Virus record (IMG/VR): IMGVR_UViG_3300044991_002272
Reading direction: 5' to 3' (one strand)
Source of the DNA: a virus
DNA: 64,000 nucleotides
Position 1 is the stretch's first letter; each line of letters begins with the position of its first letter. Shown here in pieces: positions 9,354 to 18,705 of the stretch. Position numbers and translations under genes: made by a program. The notes below the pieces were generated by a model. It was not told the DNA's origin and made no database searches. It worked only from the letters and a program-made list of their open reading frames with translations.

Positions 9354-11021
9354 TTAGGCTTTGATGTCTTCGAGGAATTGACGCCCAATGTCCAGTGTTT
9401 GGTTCACATGTTGAATCCCCACAGGCACACCTTGTTGACGTGCAAGTCCTTGTGCTAGGCGAATGATCGTTTTGATCTGGCGCCCATTGATCTCAACCTC
9501 AGCCAGTTCTGCAGGATCCAAGCCATCAATACCAGCAGCAGCCAGTAGGTTGGTCCAAACCTGTTCTCGTGCCTCAGCTTGCAGATTGCCATAACGAAGT
9601 GCAATTGAGATTCGGCTGTAGAAGGCTGGATCAAATTCCTTCACACGGTTAGTAGTAAGGAACAGCACTCCCTGATGATATTCTGCCAACCTGAGAAACA
9701 CACTAGTCATAGCTGACCGAAGGATATCGTGACCTCGCTTTTCAAGGAAAATGTCTGCCTCGTCAATGAGAATAACTGCATTCCAAATCTGTGCCACATC
9801 AAGGATGCGACGCAGGTTCTTTTCCAGGCTTTCGATATCAACTCCCAGCTCACCAACCGACACAGAGTAGAGTGGACGGTGCAGCAGTTCGCTAACAGCT
9901 TCAGCAGTAAGGGTCTTGCCCACACCTGGCTCACCATGGAGTAGGAAGATGCAGCCACCACCTTTGCCGCTGATAATGTCTTGGAACCCACTGCTGCTGT
10001 CAACCACAAGGCTCCGAATCAGCTCCTTCTTTTCTGGAGCCAGCACAAGCTGATCAAATGCTGCATCTCGGAACTGAATGTCTTGAATGCGGCTGACAGA
10101 AAAACGACCCCATTGCTTGGTGGCAAAACTGAAGCCGAGGATATAAGGGCTGCAACGCCACAGCTGATCTTCAGACACTGTGTTGTCATGAGAGTCGTCA
10201 CCGTCATAATCGCTGTCATCATCGCTATCGCGACTGCAAAACTGGTTATAGGTCTTGATGTCAACCATGATGCGCCCATCTGCACGCAGAGGACTCCAAC
10301 TCCACCAACCCTTGATCTGCATTTGGCCAGTGTAGTTTTGGTAGTGAGCACCTTGGGCCACTTGCACATACTTGCGACCACGAGCAGTGAGCACTTCTCG
10401 CCAGTGTGCGTCTAGAATGCGAACTGAAAGCCGGTTTACCTCACGAAGTCCGGAGAATGCATCAACTCGCACGCTGTCGCGAACAGTGCTGATTTCATTG
10501 CCGTCACTTTCCAGGCGTTCAAAAAAGATTTCCAGATAATCTCCAAAAAGGCTTTGTCGATATCGTGTATCTGTAACCACGCCAGCAAGCGGCTCGTCAT
10601 TCATAACAACAATTTCGGTCCCGCTGTTGAACAAATGACTCAGCAGCCCAAAGCTAATGACCCCCTTGTCCAGTTGATTCTGGAGGCGACTCAGTGCCTG
10701 TTTGTTTTCCAGTTCGAGGAGCTTCAGCAGCTCTTCAACGGCTGCACTTTTTTCTCGCCGGGCAGCATTCCGCAGTCGATCAATGCAATCAAACAGCATA
10801 GTGGCATGGATCTTTGGCACATCGTCATACAGCCCTTCCAGGTTCAGATACTGCCGACAAATGTCGCGCAACGGTGCACGGTTCATTTCCACCACAAGCT
10901 CTTCCACACCAGTGTGCTTGTCTTTCACAAGTTGTGTGCGAAAATGCTTGAACAATGGGGAAGTGCCAGGTGACGACTTGGTGATTTTTTTCTTAGGGTC
11001 AGCCAACTTGGTAATACTCAT
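9354..11021 (-). CDS. AAA+ ATPase (single C-terminal AAA domain, long N-terminal region)
   Basis: LLHGEPGVGKTLTAE Walker A, ILIDEAD Walker B, LFLTTNR sensor 1, FDPAFYSRI, NGRQIK. Confidence 0.88.
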   Translation of the reverse strand: MSITKLADPKKKITKSSPGTSPLFKHFRTQLVKDKHTGVEELVVEMNRAPLRDICRQYLNLEGLYDDVPKIHATMLFDCIDRLRNAARREKSAAVEELLKLLELENKQALSRLQNQLDKGVISFGLLSHLFNSGTEIVVMNDEPLAGVVTDTRYRQSLFGDYLEIFFERLESDGNEISTVRDSVRVDAFSGLREVNRLSVRILDAHWREVLTARGRKYVQVAQGAHYQNYTGQMQIKGWWSWSPLRADGRIMVDIKTYNQFCSRDSDDDSDYDGDDSHDNTVSEDQLWRCSPYILGFSFATKQWGRFSVSRIQDIQFRDAAFDQLVLAPEKKELIRSLVVDSSSGFQDIISGKGGGCIFLLHGEPGVGKTLTAEAVSELLHRPLYSVSVGELGVDIESLEKNLRRILDVAQIWNAVILIDEADIFLEKRGHDILRSAMTSVFLRLAEYHQGVLFLTTNRVKEFDPAFYSRISIALRYGNLQAEAREQVWTNLLAAAGIDGLDPAELAEVEINGRQIKTIIRLAQGLARQQGVPVGIQHVNQTLDIGRQFLEDIKA

Positions 11022-11072
11022 AAACGTGTCCTTGCTTTGTTGCGCTCACTAGGTTGTAAGCGCCAACAAACC

Positions 11073-11459
11073 TTACGTCAACGAGTTTTGTTTTTTTTCA
11101 AACTCAGCGAATTCAAGGGGACCACCCCGCTCAACCCAATTGTTGTAATCCCACTCATACAGTTGATATGATTCAGGATGCTTGCTGCTGCCATCGTCGT
11201 TTTCAAATGCCTGCTGATAGAGTGCTAATCTAGGATCATCTTGATTTACAAAATTCACGTGATAAAATCCTGTGTTTTCAGTAGGGGCTCCAACACTTGT
11301 GACCATACGGCAACTCAGTAAGTTGGCATTGAACCAATCTGTGTGAGCATCAAACACTGCTTGATTTCGTAAGCCATCTTGATCTTTGAAAAACTGAACA
11401 AACCATTGATTGGTTTTACGATTGTTTAAGATGCTTTCAGCATAGGGGATTTCAGTCAT
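11073..11459 (-). CDS. Hypothetical protein
   Basis: ATG at 11459 overlaps the end of dut. Confidence 0.6.
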   Translation of the reverse strand: MTEIPYAESILNNRKTNQWFVQFFKDQDGLRNQAVFDAHTDWFNANLLSCRMVTSVGAPTENTGFYHVNFVNQDDPRLALYQQAFENDDGSSKHPESYQLYEWDYNNWVERGGPLEFAEFEKKQNSLT

Positions 11460-11988
11460 TGCTTTTCTCCACTGTTTCAATTCCAGTGCTACCAAATCCA
11501 CCCTGTCTATTGGTTCGCATTTCTGGACGTGCTGTTGTTTCTGAAAACTTGGCTCGAAGATCCTGCACTAGTTCAGCTTGTGCAATTCTATCACCATGTT
11601 TGATAGTAAAAGGCACATCACTTATGTTAACAAGTGCAACAAACGTCTCGTGATAGTAGTCGCTGTCGATTACACCTTCACAATTGGCCAATTGTATGCC
11701 ATTTTTGAAGCTAATGCCGCTGCGTGGATGAATGCGGATGCTGTAACCATCTGGAATATTGAACACTAATCCAGTTGGGATCAACATCCGGTCTTGCGGA
11801 TACAAGGTGATTGACCCACCACTGCTGACAACGCTTTCGCTCCAAATTTTCTCATTGAACCTATTGAAACCAGTTATGCTGGATTCAGGAACGAGACAAG
11901 CACATAGATCAAAACAACTGGCTTGTTCGGTGCTGTATTGAGGAGCCAAAGCCATATCTTGTGTTTTGAAATAGTTAAAGTTGGTCAA
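11452..11988 (-). CDS. dut: Trimeric dUTPase
   Basis: ASCFDL, IPTGL, PRSG, ANCEGVIDSDY, GDRIAQ, R.GGFGSTG motifs. Confidence 0.92.
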   Translation of the reverse strand: MTNFNYFKTQDMALAPQYSTEQASCFDLCACLVPESSITGFNRFNEKIWSESVVSSGGSITLYPQDRMLIPTGLVFNIPDGYSIRIHPRSGISFKNGIQLANCEGVIDSDYYHETFVALVNISDVPFTIKHGDRIAQAELVQDLRAKFSETTARPEMRTNRQGGFGSTGIETVEKSND

Positions 11989-12311
11989 ATGTCGTCTCCA
12001 TTGCTGTTGGGTTCAATTTCCACACGCAATGGATGACCATTTGCTCGTGCAGTAGATATGGTTTCGTCTCTTTTGGTGGAGGCAATTTCGTATGAATATG
12101 TTGCTACTACTTCTCTGCCCTTATCATGGATTTGGTTGGTTAACTCCATAGCAGTCTCATAACTCTTGCCAAAGATATGCATCAAAATTAAAACAACAAA
12201 CTCATAATGAGTTTTGCTGTCATTAAAAAAAATAACATCATAGAGGCTGGGAGGCTTTAGTTCTGTTTTGGTTGTTGTTTTGGTATCAATTTCAGTTTGA
12301 GTTGCACTCAT
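11985..12311 (-). CDS. clpS: ATP-dependent Clp protease adaptor ClpS
   Basis: PPSLYDVIFFNDSKTHYEFVV..L..IF, IH.KG..VV..Y.YEIA.TK, HPLRVEIE. Confidence 0.9.
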   Translation of the reverse strand: MSATQTEIDTKTTTKTELKPPSLYDVIFFNDSKTHYEFVVLILMHIFGKSYETAMELTNQIHDKGREVVATYSYEIASTKRDETISTARANGHPLRVEIEPNSNGDDI

Positions 12312-12332
12312 AAAAATATTCCTTGGATAAGA

Positions 12333-12920
12333 CTATTTTTGTGTGCCAAATCCCAGTTTGTCAAGAACAAACTGGCTTCTCTCTTCAAGAGGCACATCTA
12401 CAGTGTAGACGGAATCATTTTTGATCATCTCACAAAAAGTGATTCGCATGTTTTGATCCAGTTTGTTAACTTGTTCCAGAGTTTGGAACCTAGTGCCGTC
12501 ACTTAAGATATTGCTGTTGCGTTTGTATGTTTCTGTTGTGGGCAAGTAAAAAATATGACTGTATCGGTTGGCAAAAATGTCAGTAACCAATCGATTGTAC
12601 ATCTCATGCAACACCAACCTTTGTCTGGGATCCTTTTGATCGCAGTATTCAATCGCATAAAAGTAAGGAGTCAGTGTTCCACTGTCTGTAACAACCCAAT
12701 CTACATTTGTGGGCACACTGTCTTCAATTTCTCGCTGCCTGGCGTAGGTGCGAAACTGTTCCCAAATTGTAGTCATTGGTCCGTTGATCCAAAGATCTTG
12801 CCGAATCCACTCTGTAACAAGTTCAACATTGGCCCCACGCTTTTTCAGCTCTACAAAAACTTCTGCTGAAATAGTGCTTTTTCCACTCCCGGGCCCGCCC
12901 ACAAATACTATTTTTTTCAT
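12333..12920 (-). CDS. NadR-like P-loop kinase/ATPase
   Basis: IVFVGGPGSGKST, ELVTEWIR, VVTDSG motifs. Confidence 0.75.
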   Translation of the reverse strand: MKKIVFVGGPGSGKSTISAEVFVELKKRGANVELVTEWIRQDLWINGPMTTIWEQFRTYARQREIEDSVPTNVDWVVTDSGTLTPYFYAIEYCDQKDPRQRLVLHEMYNRLVTDIFANRYSHIFYLPTTETYKRNSNILSDGTRFQTLEQVNKLDQNMRITFCEMIKNDSVYTVDVPLEERSQFVLDKLGFGTQK

Positions 12921-12985
12921 TACCCTACCCTTGTATATCCTTATACAAGCTTATTATGAGATTTTGGTATGTTAAATAAGCTATT

Positions 12986-13525
12986 ATGATAGAGGCACAC
13001 AAACACGCATTATTTTGGTTAGCCTACCTTGTGGTATTGGCTGGAACAGTGTTGACAGCAGCCAGCACTGGATTATTTGGCTTGATTTGGAATTATGATC
13101 TCACATTTTTGAGCACAGCTATTTTTGGTATTTGGCTGTTCACAGAAATTGCTGGTGGAATTCAACTTATTGGGTTGAGTCGAAAGATTACTGAACTCAA
13201 AAATGGTGGGGTTATATCACAAATTGATCCTGACACCCTCTGGAACAAGCACAGCTTTGTAAGTTTCATGAGCGAAATAGTTGTGGCAGCTGGTATTTTT
13301 GGTACCGTGATTGGAGTTATCTTGGCGCTGATGCCATTTTTTGGCTTGACAAGTTTTGATATCAACACCATCCAACCACACTTGTTGAAAATGTTTTCTG
13401 GTATCGCCATTGCATTTTTCCCCACAGCCATCAGTATCTTAGTGAAAATTTTCCTAGACTTTCACAGCCGCTTGCATCAAAACGCTGTGATTGACTTCTT
13501 GAAAAATCAAGGCCAAGTGAGGTGA
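12986..13525 (+). CDS. MotA/TolQ/ExbB-like multi-pass membrane protein
   Basis: Four hydrophobic segments including AGIFGTVIGVILAL and GIAIAFFPTAISI. TAAATA at 12973-12978. Confidence 0.7.
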   Translation: MIEAHKHALFWLAYLVVLAGTVLTAASTGLFGLIWNYDLTFLSTAIFGIWLFTEIAGGIQLIGLSRKITELKNGGVISQIDPDTLWNKHSFVSFMSEIVVAAGIFGTVIGVILALMPFFGLTSFDINTIQPHLLKMFSGIAIAFFPTAISILVKIFLDFHSRLHQNAVIDFLKNQGQVR

Positions 13526-14175
13526 AATTTCCCACACAAAGCAACAGTGGGGCCACTATCCTGGCAAACTTTGCTTTGACTATGTTGAAAGCTTTGTTAG
13601 TGCTGGCCTTCTTGGGACTCATGCTAATGAGTGTTGATTCAAACAAAAAGTATGAAACAGAAGGATACACCCCTCCTGTTTTTGCCATGTTGGTGGTTAC
13701 TTGGTCAAATAGCACAGACGCTGATATAGACGTGCATGTTCGCTGCCCCAACGGTGACCAGTTAAATTACGTGCGTAAAGAAGCGTGTTTTGCCAATCTA
13801 GAGCGTGATGCACGAGGTGTAGCAAGTGATTGGAGCATGATCAACAATGAACGTGTGGTTGTAGTCAACAACAGAGAAGTTGTGGCCTTTCGCACACCAG
13901 TGCCGGGAGAGTGGATAGTAAATGTGCATTATTATAATGCTCGCACACCCACACCTGTTGAAGTCAAGCTGGAAGTTATTTTATTGAACCCCAAAGTCCA
14001 CACAGCGTTTGAACGAGTTGTTACCTTACAGCGCATAGCGCAAGAGGCTCATGTGGTGCGTTTTGATGTCTCCTCTGCCAAGTGGCTGTCAGGTTTTGAC
14101 ACAACAAGAGACGTCAAGCTTGTTACACCCAGCTTGAACACGCCTCCAGGCATTCCACCAGCACCACCAAGGTAA
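13522..14175 (+). CDS. Single-TM membrane protein with a periplasmic domain
   Basis: GTG start overlapping the upstream TGA, N-terminal TM helix, ADIDVHVRCPNG and GEWIVNVHYY motifs. Confidence 0.7.
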   Translation: MKFPTQSNSGATILANFALTMLKALLVLAFLGLMLMSVDSNKKYETEGYTPPVFAMLVVTWSNSTDADIDVHVRCPNGDQLNYVRKEACFANLERDARGVASDWSMINNERVVVVNNREVVAFRTPVPGEWIVNVHYYNARTPTPVEVKLEVILLNPKVHTAFERVVTLQRIAQEAHVVRFDVSSAKWLSGFDTTRDVKLVTPSLNTPPGIPPAPPR

Positions 14176-14180
14176 GAACT

Positions 14181-14720
14181 ATGGGCACACTGTTTTTGAT
14201 TCTCTTGACCAGTATTTTCCTCTTGTTAGCTGTGAGTTTGATCTGGAGCCACTGGCATTGGAGTGTGAAAGCTCTTTTGATTGTAAGTTCACTAGCTGTG
14301 GGTATCAGTGCAAATGTAATTTGGTTTATTACGCAAGGTTATGCCCACACGGCACCGTTACCAAACAAATTTCTTTTGGCTCACACAATGTCTCGTGAAC
14401 CCAATCCTAGCAAACAAGACCTTGGTGCAATATATTATGTTATAATAGAGCAATCTGGGAACCTGTTGGTGCCTCGGCTGTATTCCAAAGCCTATTCTGA
14501 AAGCGGCCAGAGAGATGCTACTGAACTTCAAAAGCGCATCAAAGATCAAAATAGTCCCATTTGGGTAGAGAAGTCATTTGAATCAGATAGTGAAGACTCA
14601 AGTGGACAAGATTCTTTGCTTAAAAGGCAGTTGAAAGGCGTTGCAGCTGGCTTTGGTTATTATGAAGATGATGCTAGACATGGGTTGGTTCCCATGTCTA
14701 GCGCACTGCCACCAAAATAA
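14181..14720 (+). CDS. Membrane protein
   Basis: Two N-terminal TM helices; third gene of the plus-strand operon. Confidence 0.7.
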   Translation: MGTLFLILLTSIFLLLAVSLIWSHWHWSVKALLIVSSLAVGISANVIWFITQGYAHTAPLPNKFLLAHTMSREPNPSKQDLGAIYYVIIEQSGNLLVPRLYSKAYSESGQRDATELQKRIKDQNSPIWVEKSFESDSEDSSGQDSLLKRQLKGVAAGFGYYEDDARHGLVPMSSALPPK

Positions 14721-15191
14721 TTATTCTGATTCAATAGCCTTGGGCTGTGTTGAATTGATTGTAATCTTTTTGGGCTTGAGTGCCTCTGGCACATCTTGAA
14801 CAAAGTCAATCACAAGGATTCCATTCTCAAGTGTAGAGTGTTGCACACGAACATACTGGTCCATGTAAAACACACGCTTGAAGCTGCGTCCCGCAATCCC
14901 CTTGTGTAGATACACCCGGTTGGCGTCATTTGACACTTTGCCTTCAACTGTCAGCACACCGTCGTGCTCAACAATGTCAATGTCGGCGGCACTGTAACCA
15001 GCAACAGCCATGCTGAGTCGATATTCATGCTCACCAATCTTTTCCAAGTCATACGGAGGAAAAGTAGTTGCACTGTTTTGGCGTAGTGAATTGAGATTGC
15101 GCAGTGTGGGCTCAAACCCCACTGCAATGCGATTGAAATCGCGAATCATGTCTTCAAAACTTGTTGATTGAAGAGAAAGAGTATTACGCAT
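14721..15191 (-). CDS. ibpA: Small heat-shock protein (Hsp20/IbpA-like)
   Basis: FPPYDLEK..E.EYRLSMAVAGY, YLHKGIAGRSF.R.F, LENGILVI, PEALKPKKI.I motifs. Confidence 0.93.
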   Translation of the reverse strand: MRNTLSLQSTSFEDMIRDFNRIAVGFEPTLRNLNSLRQNSATTFPPYDLEKIGEHEYRLSMAVAGYSAADIDIVEHDGVLTVEGKVSNDANRVYLHKGIAGRSFKRVFYMDQYVRVQHSTLENGILVIDFVQDVPEALKPKKITINSTQPKAIESE

Positions 15192-15197
15192 ATTTGA

Positions 15198-15215
15198 CCT
15201 CCTATAAAAGCGAAG
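15198..15215 (-). promoter_or_regulatory. ROSE-like RNA thermometer hairpin of hsp20
   Basis: CUUCGCU-uuuau-AGGAGG: UYGCU pairs with the SD and leaves a bulged G. Confidence 0.75.
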
Positions 15216-15265
15216 TTTATGTTGAAGCCCTAATCAGGCACTTCTGCTGAACTATCTCAGCACAT

Positions 15266-15296
15266 TATTTATAGTCAACAGTTGAATTTTTGTCAA
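15266..15296 (-). promoter_or_regulatory. hsp20 promoter (TTGACA-17-TATAAA, overlapping T4-type TATAAATA)
   Basis: Read directly from the sequence. Confidence 0.7.
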
Positions 15297-15305
15297 CCAA
15301 AGAAA

Positions 15306-15334
15306 AAAATAGGGCTCAAAAAGAGCCCTATTTT
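15306..15334. terminator. Intrinsic terminator downstream of rpsU
   Basis: AAAATAGGGCTC-AAAAA-GAGCCCTATTTT with flanking A/T tracts. Confidence 0.8.
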
Positions 15335-15417
15335 GCCTTAAGCTTTCTCTTGTGTTCTCCGCAATTGAGATTATCGCCTCCTTTTTGAGATTATCCGGCA
15401 GAGAACAAACAGGTCCG

Positions 15418-15642
15418 TCACCAAGGGTCAAGAGTTGCTTTCTTACGTAGCCACCGAATTTTTGCTTCGGCTTTCTCACGACGACGACGAGTAGTTGGCT
15501 TCTCATAGTATCTGCGCCTGCGCAGCTCCTTTGTTACGCCTTCTTGATTCATCCGTCGCTTGAGTTGGCTGATGGCACTTTCAATGTGGTTATTGTTAAC
15601 CCGCACTGTCATGCCTTTTTTATTCAGATGGAAATCGTCCAT
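15418..15642 (-). CDS. rpsU: 30S ribosomal protein bS21
   Basis: V.V.NN.IESA..QLKR....EG..KELRRRRYYEKPT.RRRR.K..A signature. Confidence 0.88.
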   Translation of the reverse strand: MDDFHLNKKGMTVRVNNNHIESAISQLKRRMNQEGVTKELRRRRYYEKPTTRRRREKAEAKIRWLRKKATLDPW

Positions 15643-15658
15643 ACTTCCTCACAGTGTA

Positions 15659-16354
15659 TTATGTGTAGACAGCGTAATTGTGTGACTGCAACACCCATTT
15701 ATTATGTGGCACATGTTTTAGCATGTCAAAAAATTCCGTGGAAACAAAATGCTGATTGAACATTTCCATTACAGGAGTTTCCAATGTGTCGTTCCAGTGG
15801 TTAACGAGACGATTCTTAGCTACGCTTTCGTAATAACCTTCATGACCACCATATATGGCATCAGGAGGGAGGCGTTCTCTGCGTGGGCGGCGGCCTTTGT
15901 ACAAACTCTCCAGCGCACCACCTTTGAATATGTCAGTGTGGTACCAATTGGGCTTGCCGTTCACTTCTCTCACATACTCAATTACCACTGTGTCTATATG
16001 ACCTTGCCAGCAGGGTTCATTCATTATCTTTTGAATATTTTTCCACACATCACGATCAAAGCCATTGACATACAGCACATTGCCTTGTTTGTGACCTTGG
16101 CCAGTTTTCCATTTGCCACCTTTGTCCCAAACCAGACGTATAACGCCCTTGCGATATCCTTCCCAAAGGGCTTTGGCAGGTTTTTCTTTTACGTAATCAG
16201 GTAAGCGCAGTTGGCCGCTGTGCGCAACAAGCCAATCTCGATGATTGCGAAAGCTGCCCACATCAACAAGCTGACTGTCAATGTAAAAATATGCCTCGCC
16301 CAATTCATCTGGGCGAGGCAGTAACTTTGTATTGGTTAAATCTTGGATACGCAT
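15659..16354 (-). CDS. Hypothetical protein
   Basis: 231-aa ORF with TAAATA just upstream. Confidence 0.7.
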   Translation of the reverse strand: MRIQDLTNTKLLPRPDELGEAYFYIDSQLVDVGSFRNHRDWLVAHSGQLRLPDYVKEKPAKALWEGYRKGVIRLVWDKGGKWKTGQGHKQGNVLYVNGFDRDVWKNIQKIMNEPCWQGHIDTVVIEYVREVNGKPNWYHTDIFKGGALESLYKGRRPRRERLPPDAIYGGHEGYYESVAKNRLVNHWNDTLETPVMEMFNQHFVSTEFFDMLKHVPHNKWVLQSHNYAVYT

Positions 16355-16361
16355 GCCCTAT

Positions 16362-16976
16362 TTAAGGGGTTGTTGCGTCTTTTGGTGCTGGTGTTGATGC
16401 TGGTATCTGTTTGTTGGCAACCAAGATAGCAGTAATGCTATTACCTTGCATGCTGGGTTCTTTTTCATATTTGAAATTGCCCACAAGGCTTACAAACTGA
16501 TCAATTACCCCAAACCCCAGTTTTGTGAAACTCATTTCTCTGCCACGGAACTTGATAACAACTTTGACTCGGCAATTGTCTGCTAGAAAATCACGTGCCT
16601 TAGTGGCTTTGACATTTATATCGTGACTATCAGTCACAGGGCGAAGTTGAATTTCTTTCATTTGAACCTCGCTTTCGCGACTCTTTTTAGCACGCTCTTT
16701 GGCAGCAAGTTTCAGTGCATAGAGATGCTTGTTTAGGTCCAAAATCTTCACCACCATTGGTGTAGATTGTTGATTGATTACCACCAGATCAAGTCCAGCT
16801 CGCTGTGCTTGAAACAACGCATCTTTGGTTTTCACAACACCAACATTTGTTCCTTCAGCGTCGATCAGCCTTACCTCAGGCGCACGGATGCGTTCGTTGG
16901 CCAGCATGGCAGGTTCTTTCATAGAGTTGTCTCGGTCCTTTCTGTTTACTGGCTGATTATAGCTGGGAGTGTTCAT
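16362..16976 (-). CDS. infC: Translation initiation factor IF-3
   Basis: NERIRAPEVRLIDAEG.N.GV, GLDLV, KEIQLRP..D.HD..VK, VKVVIKFRGRE motifs. Confidence 0.92.
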   Translation of the reverse strand: MNTPSYNQPVNRKDRDNSMKEPAMLANERIRAPEVRLIDAEGTNVGVVKTKDALFQAQRAGLDLVVINQQSTPMVVKILDLNKHLYALKLAAKERAKKSRESEVQMKEIQLRPVTDSHDINVKATKARDFLADNCRVKVVIKFRGREMSFTKLGFGVIDQFVSLVGNFKYEKEPSMQGNSITAILVANKQIPASTPAPKDATTP

Positions 16977-18207
16977 CAGTCAACACTTGTTTCAAGGGAG
17001 TGAGGTTTTGAACATTATCCAGCGTGACTGTTAAGTCAGTGACTCCTTGATCACGCAAGGAGGTGATTTGAAATTGGCTTTCCATCAACACCCGTTCAAT
17101 TACAGCACGCAACCCTCGGGCGCCAGTTTTTTTGGTCAGCACCTGCTTGGCAACTTCATCCACTGCATCATCTTCAAATTCCAAACTGATGCCATCTAGT
17201 TGGAACAGTTTTTGAAATTGTTTAACAATGCTGTTTTTTGGTTCCACTAAAATCTTTTTCAATGTATCATGATCAAGATCGTCAAAACTCAAGATAACAG
17301 GTATGCGCCCACAAAGTTCAGGAATCATACCAAATGATATGAGATCTTCCGTTGTTACTTGACTCATCAAACGCTGGGTCTTATCTGGGCTGTGCTGTTC
17401 TTTAGTAGCACTCAAAAATCCAATACCACTGGTTTTTTCATCCAAACGTGCCTCAATGATTTTGTCAAGTCCTTCAAATGCACCACCAACGATGAACAAC
17501 ACATTCTGTGTGTTCATAGTAACAAACTCACCGTTGGGGTTCTTGCGGCCGCCCATGGGACTGAATTTCACATCGCTGCCTTCAATAATTTTCAAAAGAG
17601 CTTGTTGGACACCTTCGCCACTGACATCTCTAGTAGTGCTTACGTTCTCTCCTTTGCGTCCTATCTTGTCAATTTCATCAATGAAAACAATGCCTTTTTC
17701 TGCCAATTCCATATTGTTCTCAGCAGCCTGGTATAGACGTGCAAGGCACTCCTCTGGGTCTAATCCCACATATCCTGTTTGGCTTAGGCTGGTAGCATCA
17801 ACCACAGCAAATGGCACTTCCAGGATTTTTGCTAGGGTTTTGACCATATGAGTTTTGCCAACACCACTGTTGCCAATCATCATAATGTTGCTTTTGTCAA
17901 TACTGACACCATCCACAACTGGATTGTTGACACGTTTCAAGTGGTTGTAAATTGCCACAGCCAATGACTTTTTGGCATTTTTTTGCCCAATCACATGTTG
18001 ATCCAAATACTCAACAATTTTGGGAGGCGTTAATTCTTTGGGAATGATGTGTACATTTTGTTCGTCTTGTGGTTTGATAATTTCCATACACAAGGTAATA
18101 CATTCACTGCAAATAAATGTATTACTACCTGCAATGAGTGTTTTTACTTGAGTTTGGTTTTTTCCACAAAAACTACAATAATGTAGAGCTTTGATGTTTG
18201 TGGTCAT
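16957..18207 (-). CDS. clpX: ATP-dependent Clp protease ATP-binding subunit ClpX
   Basis: CSFCGK..ICSEC zinc finger, KSNIMMIGNSGVGKT, FIDEIDKI, TRDVSGEGVQQALLKIIEG, TGARGLR. Confidence 0.95.
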   Translation of the reverse strand: MTTNIKALHYCSFCGKNQTQVKTLIAGSNTFICSECITLCMEIIKPQDEQNVHIIPKELTPPKIVEYLDQHVIGQKNAKKSLAVAIYNHLKRVNNPVVDGVSIDKSNIMMIGNSGVGKTHMVKTLAKILEVPFAVVDATSLSQTGYVGLDPEECLARLYQAAENNMELAEKGIVFIDEIDKIGRKGENVSTTRDVSGEGVQQALLKIIEGSDVKFSPMGGRKNPNGEFVTMNTQNVLFIVGGAFEGLDKIIEARLDEKTSGIGFLSATKEQHSPDKTQRLMSQVTTEDLISFGMIPELCGRIPVILSFDDLDHDTLKKILVEPKNSIVKQFQKLFQLDGISLEFEDDAVDEVAKQVLTKKTGARGLRAVIERVLMESQFQITSLRDQGVTDLTVTLDNVQNLTPLKQVLTDEHSQL

Positions 18208-18635
18208 ACCTTCCTACTATATGTTGTTAATTCAAGGATAAATGTGTTTAAGGATGCACATTTTTGGCCTGCATATTCTGCCAATTTTTGTATTTCTGCA
18301 CTTGCTTGTTCTTGGCCAATTCTGACCAAACCTTTGCCTGATAACGCCAAGGACAGTGTTGACCAGTCGGTTACTTGTATGAAGGAACCATCCATATGGT
18401 TTTGATTGATAATAAGCCAGTCAATCATATCTGTTTGACTTAAGTCCATGCTGGACAAATAGTAAAAGGCAAAACTGTAATCAGCAAAATCATTTTGGCA
18501 ATGAGCAACAAGCTCTTCCATAGCTTGTTGCTCGAGGCCAACTATCAATGCTTTTATAGTCTTGGGAGGTGGTAACCACAAGGACGGAAAGCTTACAAGA
18601 TGTATCAAAGTCATTTGACCGTTGTCAAAAGTCAT
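18204..18635 (-). CDS. Hypothetical protein
   Basis: ATGA overlap with the clpX start. Confidence 0.65.
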   Translation of the reverse strand: MTFDNGQMTLIHLVSFPSLWLPPPKTIKALIVGLEQQAMEELVAHCQNDFADYSFAFYYLSSMDLSQTDMIDWLIINQNHMDGSFIQVTDWSTLSLALSGKGLVRIGQEQASAEIQKLAEYAGQKCASLNTFILELTTYSRKV

Positions 18636-18705
18636 CTCTCAATCCAGCCCTTGTTTTTACTCAATAACATTCCAAACTATAATCAATCTCCAATGTAAGT
18701 CAACA

